The notes under the pieces: model-generated
What the model was told of the DNA's origin: nothing
Databases searched by the model: none
The model's input: only the letters and a program-made list of their open reading frames with translations
Shown here: in pieces, positions 24,655 through 32,595 of the stretch
Numbering within the stretch: position 1 is the stretch's first letter
Layout: each line of letters begins with the position of its first letter
Program-made: the position numbers and the translations under genes
Assembly: GCA_964637345.1 (NCBI GenBank)
Contig: CAZWTD010000004.1
Span: 1-63,055 of the forward strand
Length of the DNA stretch: 63,055 nt
Reading direction: 5' to 3'
Source: an uncultured Gammaproteobacteria bacterium
GTDB lineage: Bacteria; Patescibacteriota; Patescibacteriia; HK-STAS-PATE-3

Positions 24655-25011
24655 CACGGGCTAGCCGGTTCGCGAGCTATACAACTTGTTTATCACTAAG
24701 CCATAAAAATATGTCAGCAGAATGGGTTTCAGCGGTAGCGGCGGTTATTTCAGTCCCAATATCTGTTTGGGCGATAATATCCGCAAGAAATAACTCTAAG
24801 AACATAAAGAACATCTCCCAACGCTTTGGGATAGTAATGGAAGGCAATACGGTAATTGGCTCTGGTACCGCAGTACATATTGGTGACAGGAAATAAGTTT
24901 GCTATACGCTCGCTCACCCAAATTGCTCATTCATTCCGGCGGTACCTCGCTTTGCTCGATATTCTACCGCCTCAATTCCGTCGCAACTTCGGCTAGCCCG
25001 AAACGTTGTGC
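24649..25011 (+). other. attC site 2, interrupted by a 225-bp insertion (138 bp when reconstituted)
   Basis: ACCTAAC-A-CGGGCTAGCCG ... CGGCTAGCCCG-AAAC-GTTGTGC, a perfect 11-bp stem. Confidence 0.8.
24711..24896 (+). CDS. 61-aa single-TM hypothetical protein nested in attC2
   Basis: N-terminal hydrophobic helix. Flanked by GCTATAC direct repeats at 24676 and 24901. Confidence 0.6.
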   Translation: MSAEWVSAVAAVISVPISVWAIISARNNSKNIKNISQRFGIVMEGNTVIGSGTAVHIGDRK

Positions 25012-25110
25012 GCCATCAGATGTATTTTACCTATTAAAGAACCGAGGCAGTTACTTCGCGCATTGCGGAGTACTTACCTCGGCGTTTCGTCGGGTCGCTG
25101 GTGATAACAG

Positions 25111-25506
25111 TCAGTCGATTCTGGATCTCGACGCGTTCGCCAGGTCGTCGATGACGAGTAATGTGGCGAGTCTGCTCGGATCATCCTTGATGACGTAGCC
25201 CGAGAAGGAACTCCGGGTGCCGTCAAGTCTTTGGAGCTCGACGACACTGACATTCCACTCAATCCCGGAAGATCCCAACCGGATGATCGTGGTCGACTCG
25301 TCGACGGCGAAGGCAGAGCTGTTATCGACAGTGCACTGTGCGATCCCGTCGTACCAGTAGACACCGAGGGTGCCCGTCGCACTCTGGAAGTGGAGCACCA
25401 TGGAATCGGTTGGAACAATGTGGCTGGTGAGTCGCACGCTACTGCACCCGGCGGACGCCCCGACGAAGAGCGTACCGATCAACACAAGGAACGTGAAACG
25501 CCTCAT
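25111..25506 (-). CDS. Cassette 3: predicted lipoprotein, reverse orientation
   Basis: AAGGAGG SD, signal peptide with lipobox-like SAG-C. Confidence 0.7.
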   Translation of the reverse strand: MRRFTFLVLIGTLFVGASAGCSSVRLTSHIVPTDSMVLHFQSATGTLGVYWYDGIAQCTVDNSSAFAVDESTTIIRLGSSGIEWNVSVVELQRLDGTRSSFSGYVIKDDPSRLATLLVIDDLANASRSRID

Positions 25507-25587
25507 AGCGAACCCTCCTTCAGTTGGGACGTTTGCCTGGCGGGGATCAAGACAATCGGTAGTTGCCAGATTTCTACCGAACGTGCG

Positions 25588-25616
25588 AGCGTATCACGAA
25601 ATGACTATAATGTCAA
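25588..25616 (-). promoter_or_regulatory. Cassette-internal sigma70 promoter
   Basis: TTGACA-N17-TACGCT with extended TG. Confidence 0.7.
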
Positions 25617-25646
25617 TAGAAACTGTAAGAAAATACATCTTACAGC

Positions 25647-25708
25647 GCACAACACGGCGTATACGCCACTCCGTTTCTCTCCGCAGCGCATACGCCGAAA
25701 CGTTAGCT
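25647..25708 (+). other. attC site 3 (62 bp)
   Basis: GCACAAC-A-CGGCGTAT..ATACGCCG-AAAC-GTTAGCT. Confidence 0.88.
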
Positions 25709-25730
25709 GACACTCAGGATTCTCACTTTT

Positions 25731-26210
25731 ATGACCTATAAACACACCCAAGTTAGCTACCTGATGATTACCGTAACGGCTGCGGTACTGATCCTCTTCG
25801 CCTGGGTGTATCTTACTGCCCGGGCCGAGGCGCCGTCCTATGACTCAGGAACAAACGCCGGCGTTACTGGAGCTATGGCGCTCGTCGTCGTTCTCCTCGC
25901 TTCCTTCGTTTCCTTGCACGTACGAATTGATGATCAGCGTCTACGGATCTCCTTTGGCTATGGCATTTTTACAAAGCACTTTGCCCTGCGCGACATCCAA
26001 TCAGCGAACGTCGTAAGAAATAAATGGTATTACGGGCTAGGAATACGCTGGTCCCTGAAGCCGAGGATGTGGATCTACGCCGTTTCCGGCCTTGACGCAG
26101 TTGAACTACAACTGAAGAACGGAAAAGTCTACCGGATCGGTACGGACGAAGCTCAAGAACTCGAGGGCGCGATTCTCCAATCGATACAAAGGGAACAGCG
26201 CGACTTCTGA
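25731..26210 (+). CDS. Cassette 4: two-TM protein with bacterial PH-like C-terminal domain
   Basis: Begins 29 nt after the core GTT. Two TMs, then WYYGLGIR..VSGLDAVEL..IGTDE. No matching attC seen downstream. Confidence 0.75.
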   Translation: MTYKHTQVSYLMITVTAAVLILFAWVYLTARAEAPSYDSGTNAGVTGAMALVVVLLASFVSLHVRIDDQRLRISFGYGIFTKHFALRDIQSANVVRNKWYYGLGIRWSLKPRMWIYAVSGLDAVELQLKNGKVYRIGTDEAQELEGAILQSIQREQRDF

Positions 26211-26319
26211 CCTAAAGCCAAGCCTCGCTTCTTTCGAGTTACATAAATAGGCCTTCAACACTCTCGCCTTCTCGGCAAGATTCGGATACCTTTCCCAAAT
26301 AAAAGTTGTCCCGCGGGTA

Positions 26320-26649
26320 TTACACCGCGGGACTTGGAGCAGACTGAAGCTTGCGAACGACGTCTTTCGGCAGGTCACGGTAACAGTGGCACTCATCATC
26401 GTAGCTTGCCAAGACGCCTCTTAGGGTCGCGACCACACGATCCCCGACCTTCGCTTCGGTCACGGTGATAAGCCGCTGGCCTTCGGCCCAGACTCTTGTC
26501 TCGATCTCGGCCACCGCGACCTGATCAGGCTCGAAAAAACGAAGGCTGTCGAGGATGACCGCGAGATGCCGAAGGCCGAGGCCGAACATGGCCAAGAGCT
26601 GACGCCGACGAGCACGCTCGAGAAAAAGCTGCACTTCGTCTAAACGCAT
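26320..26649 (-). CDS. Hypothetical protein
   Basis: AGGGAGG SD. A 9-bp hairpin GTCCCGCGG/CCGCGGGAC overlaps the stop. Confidence 0.6.
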   Translation of the reverse strand: MRLDEVQLFLERARRRQLLAMFGLGLRHLAVILDSLRFFEPDQVAVAEIETRVWAEGQRLITVTEAKVGDRVVATLRGVLASYDDECHCYRDLPKDVVRKLQSAPSPAV

Positions 26650-26701
26650 GACTACCTCCCTTTGTACAGAACCGATCCGAGCTTAATCGTGTTCAATAAA
26701 T

Positions 26702-26798
26702 CCGTCAAGAAAACACAAAACCGCCTCGGTGCCCGCCGAAGGGCGGACAGCCGGGCCTGGTTTGTGTGTTTGTGTTGCGCCGTGGACGGGAGTTTTTT
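26702..26798. other. Long irregular hairpin (leader RNA or terminator)
   Basis: Nested stems CCGTC/GACGG, ACACAAAACC/GGTTTGTGT and TGCCCGCC/GGCGGACA. Confidence 0.45.
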
Positions 26799-27063
26799 GT
26801 TTAACTGCGATCCGAATCGAGCTCGTGATTGAGCTCGTCGAGGAGTTCGCGCATTTCCGCGATCCACTGACGATGTCCGTGCGTTTTTAGACCAAGCTGA
26901 CGGACAAGCTTGGGCGTCCAGGAGCACAATCTCCGTTCAGACGCGTTCGAGGTTTCCTCCGAAACGAGAATCCTCCTTCCTCGAGCTCTCACCCGCCGAA
27001 AGCCTCTGAAGTACGCGGGCGAAAGAACAATAATGAACGAATCTGGATCACTCCAGAGCATCC

Positions 27064-27092
27064 AGTATAGCGCAAAAAAGGCTCCGAGTCAA
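27064..27092 (-). promoter_or_regulatory. Sigma70 promoter
   Basis: TTGACT-N17-TATACT. Confidence 0.75.
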
Positions 27093-27110
27093 CCCTCACC
27101 ATTTTTACTT

Positions 27111-27533
27111 AGCCGCTTTTCTTGGCAGCAAGAAAAGCGGCAGAAAAGAACTGCCGCCATGCCGAAAAACTCTTGAGCCTCAACCTCGCCGACCGGGACC
27201 GCGTAACTCGTTCGCCGGTATTCGGCGAACTTCGAACAAACGCGGTCATCCGAACGGCCGTCTCGGCCTGCGTTCATACGAGTTTTTCAGAATGGCGGAG
27301 CCAGAAGATCGTATCGAAGCGAAAATAAGATTTCAGCACGACGGGTCCGGGTCCCGCGCATGCTGTTTTTCAGCAAAAGAAACGCGTTCGACGGGAACGC
27401 ATTCGCGGGACCCGGAACTCTTTGCTTCTTTCTGGTTACAGAAAGAAGAGGGCGCCAGCCCTACGGATCAAAACCAAAAAGAATCTAAAATTCTTGCTGC
27501 CCTGCCTACCCCAGGCAGGCAAGAAAAGCGGCT
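27111..27533. mobile_element. MITE-like or structured non-coding element with 24-bp terminal inverted repeats
   Basis: Left end AGCCGCTTTTCTTGGCAGCAAGAA (27111-27134). The right end is its reverse complement (27491-27500 plus 27520-27533), split by a 19-nt palindrome. At least five internal hairpins. Confidence 0.6.
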
Positions 27534-27548
27534 CATTCAAGAATGCTC

Positions 27549-29240
27549 TTAGCGCAGCACCCCGCCCCACTCGAGGAGCGTAAAGCCTTTGCGCTCCGGA
27601 GTTTTGATATCATAGCCTTTCACGTCGATCGGCTTCTCGAGGGGCATGAAATCCATGAGCACGCGGATGATGGTATCCGGCTTCGGATCGACGGACAGGG
27701 GCGCGAGTTGATTCATCTCGCGGTTGCCGAGGAAGCTGATGAAGTAGTAGGGCGCGCTTTGCATCCGCGGTCCCCAGAACTCGATGAAGTCCGCGCGCTC
27801 TTTTGCGTTCAAGCCGAGTTGAGCGAGCTTCTCGAGAAGAAAGCCTTGGACTTCGTTTTGGGTAACGACCCAGCCGCGCTTCGGCGTTTCGTAGATCGAA
27901 TTGCTCCGACCTTCCCAGAAAAGATAGGGATAGGCGTTCCCGGTCGCGCGGTCGGTCAGATGCCCGGCCGGAGTCGCGGTCACCTTCCAGCCATTATTGT
28001 AGGCAGGTTCGGTCTTGCTGAAACCCCCAGTCGGCGCAACCTGAACACTGACATCAGTCGTCTTCTCCGGGTAAAGATAGATGACCGGCTTCCCGCATTC
28101 GGCGAGCGGCTGGAACTTCGTGTTCTGAGCCTGGATCAAGCGATCGAAGGGATCGAGGAAATAGATCAGCGGCCGATCAGCGAGAAATTCCTCGTAGGTT
28201 TGCTTTGTGCCATCCTCGCGCAAGGTGGCGTAGGAATCATAGATTTCAAGCAGGCGCTCATGGCGAGTATCCTTCAAGGCGTAGATTGCGTCGCCGAGAT
28301 TCGTAACGCCGACCCGCTCCAAGTCGCGGCCTAAAACAACCTCTTCCGGGTTCACCACATTCGCGTAATTCATCGCGCCGCAACCGCCAATTCGAACGAC
28401 GTTATAGATGGTCGTATTCGTCGTCCCGTCATTCCAGGTAATCGCCGGAATCTCGGTTGAGCCAATGAAATCAAAGACGAGCTTATAGGTTCGGACCGTC
28501 CCGTCCGGAGCTCGAAGATAAAAACCAAAATGTGGGAAATACTCGCTCGTTGAGGCTGGATCTGTGTAGACGTCGCCGTAGGTCGGATGCGTAAACGCGA
28601 CGGTCCGCCCTGCGCTATGGAAGAAGCCGTCTGCATCCTCGTCAAGTTCAAGGCTTTGGCGCGGACTCGGCCCGGTAATCGTTGCAGGGAAATCAAGCTC
28701 ACTGATCATCGTATCTGCATCAACCGTATACTTTGCCGGATCAAGCGCGTAGGCCGGGTCTTCAGACTGCTTTGCGAGGAGCACTAGTCCGGTCGGCGTA
28801 TTCACAAAACGATAGAACTGGGGAGTTGTTGCCGGGCCATCATACCGCGCGGAAACAAGATAGAGTGTCTGACCTTGATACTTCGAAGATTGCAAAGTTC
28901 CTGCGTCGATCGTAGTTAAGGTCATACCAGAGTCAGCGAGAAGGATGTCTGGGTTACTCACGACGCGAAGATCATCACCCGGCTCGAAAATCGACTCGGT
29001 TTGGACAGGCTCAAGTGAGGTATTCGTGTTCTCGAGCGAGGAATTGACGTTTTCGTTCGTGTTAGCGACGGCCGACCAGTTTACGTTGGCGACGGCATTC
29101 TCGTTCGCTGTCGTGTTCGTTCCCGTATTCGTGTTCGTCGGCGCTTCAGCTTTCTCAACGGCTAAAATCCACAACAAGGCGCCGATCCCGAGAATGAGAA
29201 CCGAGGCGGTCACGATCATCCAAATTTTTTGCTTCGTCAT
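27549..29240 (-). CDS. Membrane-anchored surface protein with C-terminal KPVIYLYP domain
   Basis: N-terminal TM, Asn/Thr-rich linker, CGKPVIYLYP..YLFWEG..FIEFW..EWGG. Confidence 0.8.
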   Translation of the reverse strand: MTKQKIWMIVTASVLILGIGALLWILAVEKAEAPTNTNTGTNTTANENAVANVNWSAVANTNENVNSSLENTNTSLEPVQTESIFEPGDDLRVVSNPDILLADSGMTLTTIDAGTLQSSKYQGQTLYLVSARYDGPATTPQFYRFVNTPTGLVLLAKQSEDPAYALDPAKYTVDADTMISELDFPATITGPSPRQSLELDEDADGFFHSAGRTVAFTHPTYGDVYTDPASTSEYFPHFGFYLRAPDGTVRTYKLVFDFIGSTEIPAITWNDGTTNTTIYNVVRIGGCGAMNYANVVNPEEVVLGRDLERVGVTNLGDAIYALKDTRHERLLEIYDSYATLREDGTKQTYEEFLADRPLIYFLDPFDRLIQAQNTKFQPLAECGKPVIYLYPEKTTDVSVQVAPTGGFSKTEPAYNNGWKVTATPAGHLTDRATGNAYPYLFWEGRSNSIYETPKRGWVVTQNEVQGFLLEKLAQLGLNAKERADFIEFWGPRMQSAPYYFISFLGNREMNQLAPLSVDPKPDTIIRVLMDFMPLEKPIDVKGYDIKTPERKGFTLLEWGGVLR

Positions 29241-29278
29241 ACAGAGAGTAAAAAAATATCTTGTCTAGGCTAAGAATA

Positions 29279-30058
29279 TCATATTTCACCCTCAACGAAG
29301 AGGCCGGTCAGATAGCTCGTATTTTCCGAGGCTGGGGCCTGCGGGTAGCGGCGAACTGAACTATCCCGTGCGAGAAATGCGAACGAAGTTGCGCCCAAGC
29401 CGCGAGCTACTTCTACGGTGAGCGCCAGGCCGGGCTGGGAATCGACCGTCACCTGACTCACGGCCCGAGGATCCATCGTCTCGAGCGCGGCACGGCTCCG
29501 ACCGTCTCGCTCAAGGGCTTCTGCCTCAGGTAAATAATGAGAAAAATCAAAGGAGCCGACAACAAAGCTATTCGAAGGGAGAAGCGTAGCGAGTTCATCG
29601 GCGGCAAGGATGGCGTCGGAAAGCGGAACGATGTCTTTTACGATAATCGGGAGAATCGGGGTCCCGGGAAAACGCGAACGGAGGTAGGGCAAGAGATTCG
29701 TAATGCCGTGCTCCTTCGCAAAAGGAGCCTCATCGATCGTGAACCGACCGGACGCGGTTACGCTCTCAAGCAACGCGGCGTCAGCTCCGCCAAGAGCGCT
29801 CGTTAAGAAGGGCCCGCTCCCCTCTTGAAAGTGATTCGGACTCACGAGGACGATAAGGTTCGGATCAGCGTCTACCGCCGTGAGTGCTGAGGTAATAAGA
29901 TCATCCGCGAGGAGATGATGATTCACGACCACGCCAAGATCACGCCGGCCAACAGGTGGCTCAGCTGGGCGTATGCTCAACGCGAACACCCCGACCGCTC
30001 CGACGAAGAGAGCAAGAGCGAAGAAGGCAACTGTTTTATGACGAATACCTTCAAACAT
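29279..30058 (-). CDS. AmmeMemoRadiSam protein B / MEMO1 family with N-terminal TM
   Basis: NHHL, SPNH, KEHG, SFDFSHY. Confidence 0.8.
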   Translation of the reverse strand: MFEGIRHKTVAFFALALFVGAVGVFALSIRPAEPPVGRRDLGVVVNHHLLADDLITSALTAVDADPNLIVLVSPNHFQEGSGPFLTSALGGADAALLESVTASGRFTIDEAPFAKEHGITNLLPYLRSRFPGTPILPIIVKDIVPLSDAILAADELATLLPSNSFVVGSFDFSHYLPEAEALERDGRSRAALETMDPRAVSQVTVDSQPGLALTVEVARGLGATSFAFLARDSSVRRYPQAPASENTSYLTGLFVEGEI

Positions 30059-30848
30059 ATTCAGCTATGCGAAATGCATTCTTCGTATTAACCGCAGTTG
30101 ACTCAACGACCTCCTCGTAGGAGACCCCTTTAAGCTCGGCGATTTGGCGCGCGACGAACTCGACATAGAGCGGTTCGTTCCGTTTTCCGCGATGAGGCTC
30201 TGGCGCGAGGTAAGGCGCGTCGGTCTCGAGGAGAATACGGTCGAGCGGCACCATCTTCACGACCTCGCGAAGTTCGGGAGCGCAATTCGCAAAGGTGATA
30301 ATCCCCGTAAAGCCGACGAAGCAACCAAAATCTAAAAAGCGCCTGGCTTGGGTCCGGTTTCCGAGAAAACAATGAATGATCGACGGGACGCGAAGCCCGC
30401 GCGACTCAATAACCGCCAACTGTTCATCGTAGGCATCGCGGCAGTGCATGATCACCGTTTTGTTCACCTTCTCGGCCAGGGCGAGTTGAGCACGAAACAA
30501 GGCTTTTTGCCGTTCGAAAGCCGCGGCCTTCGCTTCAGGTGTTTCGGCTTTAATCCGATAACGATCAAGCCCAGTCTCGCCGATCCCAACCGTTTTTGAA
30601 TCGCGAGCCAGCGCCTCATAGGCCTCAAGGTCAAAGGCTTCATCATCAACGTGAATCGGGTGAAGACCAACCCCGGCATAGACCCGCTCATAGCGGTTCG
30701 CGATCGCAACGGCACTCCGGCTCGTTTCGAGCTGTGAACTCGGCAAAACAAGCATCATTCCAGCTTCAAGCGAACGCTGAAGAATTGCGTCCGCGTCTTC
30801 GGCGAAGCGTTCAAATTGCAGATGGCAGTGAGAGTCAGTCAGCGTCAT
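30051..30848 (-). CDS. tatD: TatD-family DNase
   Basis: DSHCHL, GLHP, IGETGLD, MHCR, IHCF, LLETDAPYL. ATG at 30848. Confidence 0.93.
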   Translation of the reverse strand: MTLTDSHCHLQFERFAEDADAILQRSLEAGMMLVLPSSQLETSRSAVAIANRYERVYAGVGLHPIHVDDEAFDLEAYEALARDSKTVGIGETGLDRYRIKAETPEAKAAAFERQKALFRAQLALAEKVNKTVIMHCRDAYDEQLAVIESRGLRVPSIIHCFLGNRTQARRFLDFGCFVGFTGIITFANCAPELREVVKMVPLDRILLETDAPYLAPEPHRGKRNEPLYVEFVARQIAELKGVSYEEVVESTAVNTKNAFRIAEYV

Positions 30849-30885
30849 GGTCCGTTCTCGTCCGACCCGACCATTGAGAGTTGAG

Positions 30886-31401
30886 TTACACGAAGAGTGT
30901 CTTTGCGCTCTCGAGCGCCTTCGGGAAGAGTGGCACAAGCCAGCCGGACAAAGACACAAAGTACGACACAACGGCTGAATCTGCCAGGCGCTCGGTCCAC
31001 TCCGGCGAGAGCGGGAGCCGTCCGGCGAATTGGAGAATAATTCCAATAACGAAAGTGCCTTCAATGAATCCGAGAATACCGCCGGCCAGCCGATTTAGAA
31101 ACATCAAGCCTGGCACAACCGAGAACAGCTTGAAAATCTTATTGAGAATCGCAAACACTATCCCAACCAGCTGGGAGGCAATCAGGAAGACGAGAATGAA
31201 TCCAACGACTTGAGCCGCGAGCTCGTTCCCGCCGGTAAAAGGCTTTACCCAAACCGCAGCCTCGTCATACCAAATCCCGGCGAAGAAGGTTCCGGCGAAG
31301 ACGCCAATCAAGGAGCCGAGCGTTTTAATCAGTCCGGCCCAAAACCCGAACCAGACGAACCCAGCCAAGATGAGGATGAGAACGAAGTCGAAAATCGTCA
31401 T
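30886..31401 (-). CDS. cvpA: CvpA (colicin V production) family membrane protein
   Basis: IFDFVLIL..GFWAGLIK..LNRLAGGILG. Confidence 0.85.
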   Translation of the reverse strand: MTIFDFVLILILAGFVWFGFWAGLIKTLGSLIGVFAGTFFAGIWYDEAAVWVKPFTGGNELAAQVVGFILVFLIASQLVGIVFAILNKIFKLFSVVPGLMFLNRLAGGILGFIEGTFVIGIILQFAGRLPLSPEWTERLADSAVVSYFVSLSGWLVPLFPKALESAKTLFV

Positions 31402-31473
31402 ACGCGAAGGGACAAGGATTGAGAGACTGTTATTACTCTAGCATATCCGCCACATATCTTCCCAGAAAGACCC

Positions 31474-31502
31474 TTGCGGAAAACAACACTGCCTGCTAAG
31501 GT
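31474..31502 (+). promoter_or_regulatory. Sigma70 promoter
   Basis: TTGCGG-N17-TAAGGT with extended TG. Confidence 0.55.
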
Positions 31503-31542
31503 CGGCTCGGCACCTTCAACAATGGATGACGGAGGAACGAAG

Positions 31543-31995
31543 ATGGCCGCAACAACCGTCCCGAAAATCCAACCAGTTACGGATGTCCAGTTCGCCGCGC
31601 TCCTGCGGTTGATTGGCCGATCGAACGACGGGACCGAACCGGTCAAACAGCTTCTGATCTGGCTTCTGCGTCAGACTGAGAACTTGAGCCAACCCTGCTC
31701 GGTTACGGTGAAGCGCGATGTCGAGATCACGATACCCGTTGACGGCGCATCAACGACGGACGCATTCGCAAGCCACCTCCATGATGTTCTTCATGAGATG
31801 GTCAGCAGCGGTCGATCAACCAACCTCAACGAGCTCTTCCTTCTCGCCGGGTCTCCGATGGTCATCACCCGAAGCTGGGGGAGTGATGGCCTTTCGATCT
31901 GGTGCACCCCCGCCTTCTACGGAAAGGACTTCGAGGTAGTGAAATGCCCGCTCGACCTGGACGCCATTCTCGCGGTCAACCTGCGTCGGCTCTAG
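31543..31995 (+). CDS. Hypothetical protein, paralog A
   Basis: GGAGG SD before ATG 31543. Shares WLLRQT..LS..CSV and GSPM.IT with the next gene. Confidence 0.7.
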   Translation: MAATTVPKIQPVTDVQFAALLRLIGRSNDGTEPVKQLLIWLLRQTENLSQPCSVTVKRDVEITIPVDGASTTDAFASHLHDVLHEMVSSGRSTNLNELFLLAGSPMVITRSWGSDGLSIWCTPAFYGKDFEVVKCPLDLDAILAVNLRRL

Positions 31996-32008
31996 TGCGT
32001 ACCTTACG

Positions 32009-32040
32009 CCCCCAGTCATTGGCTGGGGGTGATCTTTATT
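32009..32040 (+). terminator. Terminator-like hairpin
   Basis: CCCCCAGTC/GGCTGGGGG followed by a T-rich tail. Confidence 0.55.
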
Positions 32041-32141
32041 CTGAAGACAGGCAAGATCGCTTGACCGCTTAAGTTGAGCTTTGGTAAGGTTGGCCTGGTT
32101 CATTTCAAGACACTCATGGCCGACGAAAACAGGAGGAACAC

Positions 32142-32552
32142 GTGCTAAGGCCGCTAAGAGAACGGCAGTACCTGGCGCTTGAGCAACTCATCCAGGGATA
32201 CTCGAGATCACGACAAGAGACGACGGCCGTTCTCCTCTGGTTTCTCCGCCAGACGAATCGCCTGTCCCATACTTGCTCGGTCATCATTCCCAACGACGAA
32301 TTGGTCGGCGGTGAATCCTTGGCCGATATCGTCTATAAGGCTTTTGATAGATGCCAGCGCGGTGGGGACTCAGTCTTCCTGTTTACCCTCCTGAAGCTCT
32401 CCGGATCGCCGATGATGATAACGGTTGAAACCATCAGTACTGGCTGTCGTATGAGCTGCGTCGACCGACGGTACGAACGGAGGAGCAACGTCCGTCAGCT
32501 CATCTTTAGCCGTTCCGAAATCGACGCTGTAGCCCATGCTCGCGTTCTTTGA
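32142..32552 (+). CDS. Hypothetical protein, paralog B
   Basis: AGGAGG SD, GTG start, and WFLRQTNRLSHTCSV..SGSPMMIT. Confidence 0.7.
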   Translation: MLRPLRERQYLALEQLIQGYSRSRQETTAVLLWFLRQTNRLSHTCSVIIPNDELVGGESLADIVYKAFDRCQRGGDSVFLFTLLKLSGSPMMITVETISTGCRMSCVDRRYERRSNVRQLIFSRSEIDAVAHARVL

Positions 32553-32563
32553 ACGTCCACACC

Positions 32564-32594
32564 AGCACCTCCTTGCCCTGCGAGAGGTGCTTTC
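32564..32594. terminator. Hairpin between convergent genes
   Basis: AGCACCTC/GAGGTGCT followed by TT. Confidence 0.55.
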
Positions 32595-32595
32595 G

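Larger units (their letters stand above)
22885..26210 (+). mobile_element. Integron gene-cassette array lacking an integrase in this window (CALIN-like)
   Basis: Matched cassette ends GTTGTACGA(22986)/TCGTACAAC(23987), GTTAGGTGCC(24039)/GGCACCTAAC(24646) and GTTGTGCGC(25005)/GCGCACAAC(25645). AT-rich cargo. Confidence 0.85.

Noticed and set aside
25601-25653. IS200 TnpA-like C-terminal fragment (IETVRKYILQ)
   Set aside because: It is too short, has no HUH motif, and coincides with the cassette-3 promoter.
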